Origin: Candidatus Micrarchaeota archaeon
GTDB lineage: Archaea; Micrarchaeota; Micrarchaeia; Norongarragalinales; SBBD01
NCBI GenBank assembly: GCA_016212475.1
Contig: JACRGC010000001.1
Coordinates: forward strand, 9,862 to 73,861
Length of the DNA stretch: 64,000 bases
Reading direction: 5' to 3'
Below the pieces are notes generated by a model. That model saw only the letters and a list, made by a program, of their open reading frames with translations, had not been told where the DNA came from and made no database searches. Position numbers and translations under genes: made by a program. Shown here one piece after another: positions 9,785-20,400 of the stretch (positions are counted from its first letter, which is position 1; the number at the start of each line of letters is the position of its first letter).

Positions 9785-9865
9785 CAAATCGCCCTTTCAA
9801 TTCCGGCTGTTCGGGAATTCAAATGCGGATTTTCAATCCCTGAAAATCCCGGCAGGCCCACTCAA

Positions 9866-9925
9866 CCCCTCTAGGGGGATATCCCCCTACTCGGGTTGCC
9901 TCTACCCCCTTACTAGTGTCGCCCT
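9866..9925. promoter_or_regulatory. conserved intergenic element with perfect palindrome agggggatatccccct; homologous copy at 48524-48575
   Basis: The 16-nt palindrome at 9873-9888 is followed by a C-rich tract (ctacccc, gtcgccctacc). About 70% identity to the element between rpS6e and trpS. Confidence 0.4.
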
Positions 9926-10106
9926 ACCTCCTCTATTACCTCCCCCAAAGCATACCCCTCCTTTTTGTAAAAATTATTTTTTCAATATGGGGTGTGCAAT
10001 AAATTTTGCAATTTTTAGCTCGTAAAATCTCATTTTTACCTCTATGGGCAGGTTTATATATCATTTGCTGTCCAATTGTACCAATAACTAATAATTTGGT
10101 GATAAA

Positions 10107-10880
10107 ATGGGCAATAAGATTCTGATGATAATTGCAGGCGTTCTGATTCTTGGCGGGCTTGCTTACATGTATGTTAGCTCCTCAAGCAATTCAAATATTT
10201 TAACCGGGGAAAATTCCGATAAGGTAATTGCCGGCGCAGCAGCGTATCCAAATACCGGCGCAATTGATTTCAAATCAACCCCCTCTGGAGCCAACATTTA
10301 TGTTGATGGCGCCTACAAAGGTCTAACCCCAAAAACCGTCCGACCGGTTTCTACCGGTTCCCATTCCGTCAAGCTTACATTGATAGGTTATCTGCCATAT
10401 GATTCAACAGTAAGTGTTAGGAAAGGGATCACTTCTGTAGTTTATGTGACATTGGTTCCAAATGTTACGATTTCTCCTTCGGCTGAACCAACTCCAACTC
10501 CTTCCATAACGCCAACCCCAACGCCCAATGCAACAATATCGCCAACGCCAACAATTACTCCAACTCCTACAGTCAACGCAACTCCAACTCCAACCCCAAC
10601 TGTTAATGCCACACCAACGCCAACAATTACTCCTTCCCCAACACCATTCCCAAACAGCTGCTCTGAAACAGATGGCGGATATAACATTCTAGTCCAAGGT
10701 TCAAACTTTGGCTATTTTGGAGGATTCCCATTCTCGTACAATGATACCTGCGCGGATCCTGTAAACCTTACCGAATTCTACTGCGGAGGATCAACAATCT
10801 ACAACTATACCTCTTCTTGCTACCGCCAATACAACTCAACCAACGACACAATAAGCTGCATTTCAGGAATGTGCGTATAA
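10107..10880 (+). CDS. membrane-anchored secreted protein with PEGA domain, PT-rich linker and Cys-rich C-terminal domain
   Basis: N-terminal TM/signal ([19 protein letters not shown]). PEGA-like [33 protein letters not shown]. The TPTPT linker carries NAT sequons. The C-terminus has 8 Cys. Confidence 0.6.
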   Translation: MGNKILMIIAGVLILGGLAYMYVSSSSNSNILTGENSDKVIAGAAAYPNTGAIDFKSTPSGANIYVDGAYKGLTPKTVRPVSTGSHSVKLTLIGYLPYDSTVSVRKGITSVVYVTLVPNVTISPSAEPTPTPSITPTPTPNATISPTPTITPTPTVNATPTPTPTVNATPTPTITPSPTPFPNSCSETDGGYNILVQGSNFGYFGGFPFSYNDTCADPVNLTEFYCGGSTIYNYTSSCYRQYNSTNDTISCISGMCV

Positions 10881-10982
10881 GCACATCCTTTTCTTTTTTT
10901 ATCTGAATTAGCGCTAGCTAGGTTCAAGACTTAAGGTAGGAAAATCAAAATTAGCCTTCAACCATGCAATTTCTAAAAATAA

Positions 10983-12149
10983 TCAGATCTTAACATCCAG
11001 TTTTGAATAAAGCTCCTCATACCCTCTGGCTGATTGCTCCCATGTGAAGTTCTTCTCAACCCTTCTCCTTGCGTTTATTCCCATCCGTTTCCGAAGGCTT
11101 TCGTCCCGAAGCAATTTGAGCATCGCCTCCTTGATTTGGGCCGGGTTTTTCATTTCAAATAGCAATCCGGACTCCTCCTGCAAAATTTCAGGTATGCCTC
11201 CAACGTTTGTGCCAATTACCGGCTTTCCTGTTGCCATAGCCTCGCAAAATACCATTCCAAACGGCTCCCAAACGGATGCAAGGGCAAAAAACTCGCATGC
11301 AGCGTATAGCTCTGTCAAATCCGTTTCCGTGATTTTTTCATTTATGAATATGACGCTTTTCCCAAGCCCCAGATCGGATGCGTATTTCCTAAGCTGCGCT
11401 TCAAGCGGGCCTTTTCCTAAAATAAGAAGCGTAACATCCTTTTCCTCCTTGGCTACTTCAGCAAAGGCAGCAAGCAAGTAGACAAACCCCTTTTGCTGCT
11501 GAAGCCTAGCAACAGAAAGTATCAGCCTATCCTCCCCCAAATTGTATTTCTTCCTGATGTTGCCCTCATCGTTTTTTGGGTTGAATAAATTCACATCCAC
11601 TCCATTGTAAATTACCTGTGATTTTGGGTGCAAATCCTTTGGGGCTGTATTTTTCAAGGTATCTGCTGAAACCGCTGCAAGTGCGTTGCAAGCATTCATT
11701 ATCTGCTTTCCAATAAAATCATCGTAAAAATCACCTAAAAAATCAGTTATAGGATCAACTGCCGCAAGCCTTGCATTATGCAAAGTCAATCCCAGGAGTT
11801 TTTTCCTTCCCAATCGTTTTACAATTGCAACGTCCAAAAGATTGTAGAAAAACCGATTGTGCATGTGGAAAATATCGTGCTTTGGCAATTCTTGGATAAG
11901 AGAAGATTGGAAAAACGGCGAAATTGGAACAGGCGGGGGTACCGGATGCGGTGTTTGATACAGGATTGCAGCCGGGATCCGCTTGATTTTGAACCCGTGC
12001 ATTTCCTCGTACGCAGCTGTATTTGGAAGTTTTGATGTAAGCACGGTAACATCGTGCTTTTTTGCAAGGATTTTTGAAACTTCCAATATGTGCTTTTCCG
12101 TCCCTCCCTGATACGGATAGAAAAACGGATTCAGCATGCAGATGTTCAT
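10983..12149 (-). CDS. glycosyltransferase family 4 (GT-B fold)
   Basis: 388 aa. Starts MNICMLNPFFYPYQGGTEKH. C-terminal EPFGMVFCEAMATGKPVIGTNVGGIPE is the GT4 E-x7-E region. Confidence 0.85.
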   Translation of the reverse strand: MNICMLNPFFYPYQGGTEKHILEVSKILAKKHDVTVLTSKLPNTAAYEEMHGFKIKRIPAAILYQTPHPVPPPVPISPFFQSSLIQELPKHDIFHMHNRFFYNLLDVAIVKRLGRKKLLGLTLHNARLAAVDPITDFLGDFYDDFIGKQIMNACNALAAVSADTLKNTAPKDLHPKSQVIYNGVDVNLFNPKNDEGNIRKKYNLGEDRLILSVARLQQQKGFVYLLAAFAEVAKEEKDVTLLILGKGPLEAQLRKYASDLGLGKSVIFINEKITETDLTELYAACEFFALASVWEPFGMVFCEAMATGKPVIGTNVGGIPEILQEESGLLFEMKNPAQIKEAMLKLLRDESLRKRMGINARRRVEKNFTWEQSARGYEELYSKLDVKI

Positions 12150-12293
12150 GGCAACCCCAAGGGGGCAAATCTCCCTCAGTCTTGCCGGACGCCTTAGCCC
12201 CCTGTGCGTTCAACATTAAAAAAACTAAGAAGGAACTACGTGTAATGGCTAAGGCTTGATAAAATATAAACTTAATCAAAACGAATTTTGTAT

Positions 12294-12743
12294 TTATCTG
12301 TTATAGGCTATCACGATAAAATACATAGCTATAGTTACCAAAAAAACAAAAATGTACCCAAGAACGCATAATCCGGTGCTCTTCATAAAGCTGATTTTTT
12401 TGTTTAACTTGTTAATTATTACTATTTGACCGACCAATCCAATTACCAAACCGATAGTCGAAAGCGGTGTGTCGGATCTATAATCTTTTGAAAAAAATTC
12501 AGAAATTGGTTTAAAAAAATAAGTTAAAAAAACCGGAAGGATGCTTGCAATGAGTATGCTTTTTGTTTCAAGTTTTAAACTTAAGACTTTAGATGCAAAG
12601 AATAATCCAATGATAAAAATAACCGGTAAAATTATCATATAATAATTTTCAAATGGATTGATAAGAGATGGCGAATAAGCATTCACGGTTGAAATTAAAT
12701 AAGAGAGGAAAACCAGAAAAACCAGTGCAAAAGGTTTTTTCAT
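12294..12743 (-). CDS. hypothetical integral membrane protein
   Basis: 149 aa with four predicted TM segments. No recognizable motif. Confidence 0.4.
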   Translation of the reverse strand: MKKPFALVFLVFLSYLISTVNAYSPSLINPFENYYMIILPVIFIIGLFFASKVLSLKLETKSILIASILPVFLTYFFKPISEFFSKDYRSDTPLSTIGLVIGLVGQIVIINKLNKKISFMKSTGLCVLGYIFVFLVTIAMYFIVIAYNR

Positions 12744-12747
12744 ATTT

Positions 12748-13056
12748 TCATCCTTTCATCGATTCAAGATCGCTCATCAAATTCCAAATCATCGTCCGCG
12801 CGTGCATTGGGAGGTTAATGTCCGAGCTGACTTCATCAAGAGAGTAGATAACGGATCCAATTGCCAAATCGGAATCCTTGTTCTCCTTAAGCTTGCTTTG
12901 CGCTCCGGCAAGGTTTGTCCTAACATTCCTTGGGATTGAAGTATCATTGATTAGAAGGTCGAGCATCCCTGAAATTTTTTCAATATCGCTTTGAGTTATT
13001 TTTACCATTTGCATCCCTAAAGTTTTTTCCATCGTATATTTTACGCCTAGTTGCAC
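12748..13056 (-). CDS. small conserved archaeal protein, UPF0147-like
   Basis: 102 aa. LLINDTSIPRNVR and DINLPMHARTMIWNLMSDLE resemble the UPF0147 consensus as remembered (..NDTSVPRNIRR.. / ..NMPLHTRT.IWN..S.LE). Confidence 0.45.
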   Translation of the reverse strand: MQLGVKYTMEKTLGMQMVKITQSDIEKISGMLDLLINDTSIPRNVRTNLAGAQSKLKENKDSDLAIGSVIYSLDEVSSDINLPMHARTMIWNLMSDLESMKG

Positions 13057-13162
13057 TTCTTTAGCGCATAAAAGTTATTAAAGAATCGTTTTTGCTCTGA
13101 AAAATTGGAAGGCCAATACTAATGCCGGTTCCAATATCGATCTATCCCAACTTAAAATAATT

Positions 13163-14389
13163 TCAATATTTGATAATCAGCTTATCGCCAATATTTGCAA
13201 TGCTCTCAAACCCTAGGTCGATTTTTTGGCCTCTTTGGGTTTGAATGATGATTGCCTCTTTTTCCTTGTCAATGCTAAGTATTTTGCCAAGGAAGCCCCC
13301 AATTTCGGTGTAAACCTCCTTCCCAACGAGTGCCATTTTCCCAATTATGCTCTTCTTGAACTGCTTTGCCAGATAGATCACAAGGGACATTGCAATAATT
13401 GTCAAAATAAGCGAGTAGAAGAAGTCCGCAAAGCTGATGTTCCCAATAACCCAATCCGCTGCATTGTTGGCAATTGTCCAAAACAGCAAAACAGCTGCAA
13501 TTGAAATCGCATAATTTGGGAGCATGTATTTTTTCTTTTCATTCCAAGCCTCAAGCAGATTGCCGCCAATTAGCAAAAGCAGTGCAATTGGAAACAGTAG
13601 CAAGAAATCCTTGAGCGCAAACGCTGCAATTTTGGCGATATTGTCAACTCCGGCAATTTGAAGCGTTGAAACCCTAGCAATTGCCAGATAAATTGAAATA
13701 ATCATGAATGCAGCCGAAGCAAATAGGAAAATAAAGCTGATCCGCTCAAGTGAAAATTCGGTCCTTGCAAACCTTCTAAGTATCGCCTCTTCAACGCCAA
13801 ACCCTTTCAATATCAAATACGCGCCAAACATCCCAATGAATATCCTAATCCCAACTTCCTGGAATAGGAACGTAAGTATGAGCAAAAGCCCCGGGATCCC
13901 AAAAACAATCCTTGCAAACTGCGGCTCCTTTAATTTTTCAAGCATTACAAAGTATGTCTTTTCAAGCTCTTTTGATTGCTTGACAACTAATTGCTTGACC
14001 GAGTTGACTTTAACCCTTGATTGCACAAGCGGAAGGATCTGCTCATCACTTGCGCCATCTGAAATGAACACGCAAGCTTCCGGCTTGAAATCATCAATGA
14101 CCTTCTCCAATTGTTTTACGATTTCCCTATCCGCGTAATACCCAAGCCTTACGCTTCCGGTGATTGTTGCAATTTCCACCTTATAGTTCTCGTGCAAAAG
14201 CTCATCATAGGTTTTTACCGCCTGGAAAATAGTGTTCCCATCCGTATCGCCGGGGTCTGCAATTGAAAATTTGGTTGCCGCCTCGATGTTTGCCTTCCTT
14301 CCTATGATTGGGCCCTTTATCCTTGCCTTCTCATAAAGGTCATCATCCACATCCACGCAAAGCACAAGCAGCCTTTTTGCATCAGCCAT
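13163..14389 (-). CDS. conserved archaeal membrane protein, DUF373-like
   Basis: 408 aa. N-terminal soluble domain RLLVLCVDVDDDL...GPIIGR...DPGDTDGN is followed by about 7 TM helices. The pattern is recalled from the DUF373 family. Confidence 0.45.
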   Translation of the reverse strand: MADAKRLLVLCVDVDDDLYEKARIKGPIIGRKANIEAATKFSIADPGDTDGNTIFQAVKTYDELLHENYKVEIATITGSVRLGYYADREIVKQLEKVIDDFKPEACVFISDGASDEQILPLVQSRVKVNSVKQLVVKQSKELEKTYFVMLEKLKEPQFARIVFGIPGLLLILTFLFQEVGIRIFIGMFGAYLILKGFGVEEAILRRFARTEFSLERISFIFLFASAAFMIISIYLAIARVSTLQIAGVDNIAKIAAFALKDFLLLFPIALLLLIGGNLLEAWNEKKKYMLPNYAISIAAVLLFWTIANNAADWVIGNISFADFFYSLILTIIAMSLVIYLAKQFKKSIIGKMALVGKEVYTEIGGFLGKILSIDKEKEAIIIQTQRGQKIDLGFESIANIGDKLIIKY

Positions 14390-14493
14390 GTTCTCAACTC
14401 AAATAATTTCATGAATTAGGGTTTGGAGGTTTAAATAAGTGCTGATTTTGGGAACTCAATTGGTCTCCAGCTAAATACCTACCTATTGTAAAT

Positions 14494-17400
14494 TCAGCCT
14501 TGGGTGTTTGGATTCCCCGATGCAATCCTTTGCATGAAAACATCCCAGCTATTTGCTGAAACATCCTGCGGCTTTCGAACTAAATTAACCGCGGCGTTGT
14601 TTATTGATGTGGATGTAGTTTCCATTGCTTCATCAAAAAGCACTTTCAAAGCTGCCCTCACCAATTTCTTGCTAGAATCGGAGTAATCAATCTTTGGCAC
14701 ATTCGCATCCAATATGCATTGATCGCTCCCGGAAACCGGATTGACTTGCATTTTGCATGCATTGTATTCCTTTCCAATTGCAATCATCAATTTGTTTTCC
14801 TTCTTTGCCTCATCGTATTTCATGATAATTTTGCTTGGAATTTCATTGGTTTTCATTTTCTCGATCGTAATTGCATCAATTACATCCACTTTGCATTTGT
14901 TTGCATCCGTAAACATGTTATTCAAAACCATGTTGCTTTCCATATCTTGGCTCATTACTCCAAAATAGCAGCTTTCAACCTTGATTGCCCTTGGATCGGC
15001 TTCCTTATCACTTATGATTAGTTTTTTGAGTTCCGCATCATCGAATACGTTTGCCTTTAATTTATCATCCGCAAAATTGAACGGATACTTGTTCATTGTG
15101 AATAGGTTTGGCTTTCCAGGCGAATCAAATTTAATGCCATAATTTGATCCATCCAATTCCGTGTAAAAGTAGCTCGGAGGCTGGTTTTTGCCAGCAATCC
15201 TAAGCAAGTCCAATGCCCCAGAAGGCGGCTTGATTGGAATTAATGGCGCAATTGTTGAAATCGGGGTTGCGGTTTTTTGCGTATTGATTTGTTCATCGTC
15301 TGATTTTGTCAAATCAAGAAGCGGGAAGAAACCTTCCTGGCCAAGCCCGTTTTCTGATTTATCAAAAAGCTTGACGGAATCTACAACATAACCAGACTCC
15401 GACCCATCAGCTGCGCGCTTCAAAATCACTGAAATCTTGAAATTATCCGTGCCGACTATGGGTTTTGTGTATTGGATCCTTGGCATATATGCCGGATCGC
15501 CAAGCAATTTCTGCATGATTTTTGCCTTTACTAAATCAAAATTCCCCTGGCCTGCAAATGCTGCCTGCAAATTATTCACAACTTCAGAATCGCAAGCCGC
15601 CCTTCCGAATTGTTCTTTTGTGATTGCCCAAAGCTCTCCTCCGCTAACCGAATTATCGCAATACTCTCCGCCTTTATAGCAATTGTAATCGGTTGGATCT
15701 TGAACCGGGCCTCCCTGCCTGCAAATCCCTCCTGTAATGGCGTCGATTCCCTTGCAAAGCTCAAATTGCGCCTTGTCTGCAAGATAATCCTTCATCGTAA
15801 GTGAAAACGCCTCTGCAAATCTCCTTGCTGCGTAATCTCCAAAGCCGGCAAAATCAATCCTTTGCACAATAACTGGTTTTTGGAGTTCGCCAATTTCCGC
15901 ACTGAACTTTTTGAGTGTGTTGGCTCCATCATCAAATGTGCAAAAGCCATCCTTGCTGCAATAGAGCGGATCATCGTTTTTGAATTCTCCGGTAAGCGGG
16001 TTTCCGACAACATCAAAGTCAGAAACCTTTGCTTTTGCATCAATTGGCGGAATTGGAAGCGCGATCGTGTCTGCCTTGATTTTATCTCCCCTGCCAAGGG
16101 TAATGGATTCAATTTCTTTTTGGGCCTTGTTTTGCTCATAATAATAAATATTCTCCAAGCCTAGCCCTCCCTGCTCAAGGTTGGCATTTGCCAGATTTGC
16201 CGAAGGGACATTGTTTACCAGGAATGATGGTTCTTTTGCTCCATTAGTCCCAACCCTTGCAATCGGCGCTTCCGATGGCACATTAATCAAAGCAAACTTC
16301 CCGATTTTATTATCGATTGTGAAATGAACCGTAATTGTAAACGCCTGATTCCTATTCGGGAATGCAACGTTGATTTTCTGATCAAGAGTATCCCCAGCGT
16401 GTTCCTTGAACCTGATTGCCAAATATCCATCCTTCATGTAATATTCAATCATTGATGGCTTGTTCATCAAAATGAATGTTGCATACCTTGGAGCATTTGC
16501 AACCAAATCGTTGATTGCTGTAAGCTTTCCGTTGATGAATCCATCCACTCCAATTTTATCAACCTGCACTGCGCGCAAATATCTGATATCTTTCTCATTT
16601 AGTGTTCCTTTAATCAAAAGCTGGTCCGGCGAAGCCGAATAGAGCGCATAATCATTTACAATTGTAAATGCCATCCCATTTGTTGGAAGAAGCGGTGTAA
16701 TTACGACATTGCAGTCAAATCCAGCTCCCTTAACTTCGCATATTCCCTGATGATATGCTCCCGCAAGCGTGCCGGATCCTCCGAACTGTTCCCTGAATAG
16801 CTGCTCTGATTGGGTGACTTGATCATTTGGCGAATATGCCTGCGTCATGGGGTTAAATCCATTGCCATAAACCTGAGGCATTGCAAGGCCTGGTTGTATT
16901 GCAGCAGTTACTCCATTTGGCCGAACAAAGAATTTGTAAACGCTGCTATAAGCAATCTGCTGGCTCTTTCCATCGGATGGGTTGAAGAAGCTAACCGCGC
17001 TCCTTGCAAGATGGCCGATGAACCTTTGCGCAAAGTAATTCGCATTCTTGTACCTGCAAACCTTGTCCAAATTCCCAACTTCAATTACTCCTTTTGTTGC
17101 CGTTCTTGTTCCGTCGTAATAGTTGTAAATTCCGGTTTTATCAAAAACATGCTCGTAAGGTTTGCCCGGCAAAATGTTTGGAGAATTGAATGAACTTTGC
17201 TTAACGCTCCTAGCTACTTTATCCGCGTTAACCCAGATTACTTTCCCATTCTCCGGGATGTTTACGCGAATTGGGTTAAATCCAGTTGGAGTTATGTAAA
17301 CAACTCCCGATCCTCCAACCTGTGCGAATGGGGATTTTGGCCCGTTGACCTTGATTACAACTGTTTTTTGAGCCCGGTTTGCAAAAGTTATGTAAAGTCT

Positions 17401-20400
17401 TCCGATGTGAATCGGCTCCATTTGCAAAACAGGCGCTGTTGGCGATGGCGAAACTTCTTCAGCAAAAGAAATTTTGCTTGCCTTTTCATCAGCAAATTCC
17501 AATTTTGAAGCGGCTTGAACTTGCATTGCACTATTTGGATCGTAAGTTGGAATTGCCGGCTGCGTATACTTTGGATGCGTAGAATAATCCGCCGTGAGAG
17601 TTAGGATGTTTGCGTGAGTGGCGCAATCCACACTCACATATGTTTGCATCTTTTGGATCTCGTCGGTTTCAGGGCTTTTGATTTCGCATCCTGTAACTGT
17701 CGAGCCTTGCGCAACTTTTACAAGGGAATAATCGGAAACAAAGCCGTAATTTTCATCAAGATCAATTACTATGGGATCCGGTAGGTCTGCATATGGCACA
17801 ACCACATTTTCCTTAACGCAAGAATTTTCAGTGCAAACAAATCCGGATCCGCACTGCGCATCAGTTGCGCAGAACTTTTCAAGCGATGGGCAAGTGACCT
17901 TCGAGCTGATTTTTAGGTTTGCATGCGCGCCGCCTGTTGCTTCGGCGTCAATATTCAAATCACAGACATTTCCCTGCTTTAACGGGTTCAATATGAGGGA
18001 TTTGGATTTCTTTGCAAGCAAATCAAAATTGACATTCATTCCTCTTTGTTCGAGGTTTGTTACGCCATCGCCAAGTATTTCAAGGCACGCGCTTTGCGCT
18101 TTGACTGTGATTTTCGCATCCAATAAATTGGCAACATCAATTGTGTTGCCATCGCATGAAAGAATAAGCGATTTTGAGCTTGCAGAAAGGAATTCATTCA
18201 ATTTGACAACAACTTCCTTTTCAGCATCCCTAAACCCTTCGCGCTTTGCAACAATTTTGAACTTCCCGGTGTTGTATGGGTGCAATCTGTTGAACGCATA
18301 AACCCCATCTTCCCCTGCATCCTTGGCATTTTCCCCAACTATTTCATACGGCACTGCGCCATCAAAGACATTCCCATCCGTTTCCTCAATTGAAACAACC
18401 GCATCGGTAATTTGCGATCCATCAATTGCATTTGTTAGGGACACTTTGATTTTGCTCTCATCATTTGCCTCAATCAATAGCGGAGATGCAGCCATTACCA
18501 TGTTATTAGTTCCGGAAACCGTAATGTATGCGCCAAATGATTGCAAAACCCCATCCGCATTCCCAATTTCCAAATCAATTTTGGAATACCCTGCCGGGAT
18601 AATTCCTTGCATGGAAATTTTTCCTTGCAATAACTTTCCAGCCTGCATATCATCAAGCGAAATCAGCTGCGAATTCTTGCCTTGCGCATTTCCGGTTGTT
18701 TCTCCTACATTGAATTCAAATATCTTAAGCTCCGGCTGGGTTGTGATTTTCAAGTATGCCGAGTTTCCAATTGCCGAAAGTGCCCTAATTGAAACAAATG
18801 AGGCAAACTTGCTTCCAACATCAACTGAAAATCCTTTTGAGACTTTTTGCCCGTTTGCATTCTCAAACAATAGCGAAGTGCATGCATTATCGTTGCATTT
18901 GAACCTATCTTCAATAACAGTAAATTTGGTCTTGTTTGCTGCTGCGTAGCACCAATCCTTTGCATCAGTTCTTTCATTCCTTCCAAATGCGGAATCTTCA
19001 GGAGTTCTTGCAAACACCTTCCCAATTGCCGAATATCCCCTATAATCAAATGCAATTTCATCGGTTGTTTTTGCAAGCGGTTTTACAAATACCTTGACAA
19101 TAATTGCCTTTGAGCTTTGCTGCTTCCTATATTCGTAATTGAGCCATTTGACCGGCTTATCATCCGCTTCCTCATTAATTCCGCTATCCAATTTGCAATT
19201 ATCCGATGGTCTGAACGCAAATCCTTTTGTGATGATTGCATTTTCAGGCTTTGAATAAGAGTCTATGTAAACAATATCGCTTTCTGCTTCAACTGCGTCC
19301 CTGGATGAGGCTTTGATGAAAATCCCGGCTTTTTCAGAGTTTGATGGGATATTTAGGACAAATTTTGCATTATAGTAATTGCCCTTTGTTAGCGTGCTAG
19401 GATTCCTGCTAAATACCCCATTCCCATCGAGCGCTGAAACCCCTTCAAAATAAACCGCCAGCTCATCCTTCAAAGCCGAAGGGATCAAAGCGCCTTCAAA
19501 ATTCTTTTTCTCAAGCGGTTCGACAAAAAAGTCCTCGCTTTCATAGTCCACAAAGTTTTGCGAGGAGATTTTGAAGTAAATCAATTTGTTGGCTGGAATA
19601 TCAATTGTGCATGTACCTGATGAAAAATCATTGCAATCAATAATTTTCGAATCATCCATTCTAAGGTAAGCGGAAGCTTTTCCTGAATTTATTGGTTTTC
19701 CATTTGTTGCATCCTTAAGCGAAATAATTGCGGTCCCCTTTGCCTGATTTAATTTCAGGGGGATTTCAACTACTTCATTTACCTGCGGAAGGAACATTGA
19801 AGAGCTTCCAGAAACGGATTCAAAATTCCCCTTAGCAATGTATTTTGCCTCATCCCCAAGAAGTTCAATTGGGACGTTTTCAAATTTTGCAATCCCATCT
19901 TCCATTGAAATTGCCTCCTTTATGCCTGCAAAGTAGCCTTCCTGTGTCATCAAATTGACTTTTGCTCCCTGAACAAGTTCGCCATCAAAATCAATTACCT
20001 TGACATTTACGGATCCAACAGAATCATCGGAAATTTTTTGAAGGACAATGCTCCTATCATCGCCGGCAATCAAATCAAGCTCGTATGTTGGCAAATACCC
20101 CTCCTTTGAAAATGTCGCATACACTAATTTATCAGTTGAAAATGCAATTTTCCCGTCAGCATTGGTAGATTTGGAAGTTGATAGGGGAATTCCCGTGTCC
20201 TGATTGTAAATTTTAACTGAAACTTGCGCAATTGCAGCTCCTTGCTTATCTGAAACCAAAAGCGTGATGTTCTTATCCCTAGAAGTGGTTTTTTCCAAAA
20301 CAACATTGAATTCTAAAGGATCTTTTGATGTCAGAATCTGCGCATCACCCGAGCCATCGTATGTTTGCAATAGATCGGATTTCCTAGGCTCGGCCACCAC

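Noticed and set aside
9561-9861. Two overlapping minus-strand ORFs (79 and 96 aa) in the hairpin-repeat region
   Set aside because: Their translations are low-complexity products of the repeats (FFF/KKK runs). Not credible genes.
10442-10687. 81-aa minus-strand ORF with GVGV repeats
   Set aside because: Mirror-frame artefact of the Pro/Thr-rich linker of the PEGA protein on the plus strand.
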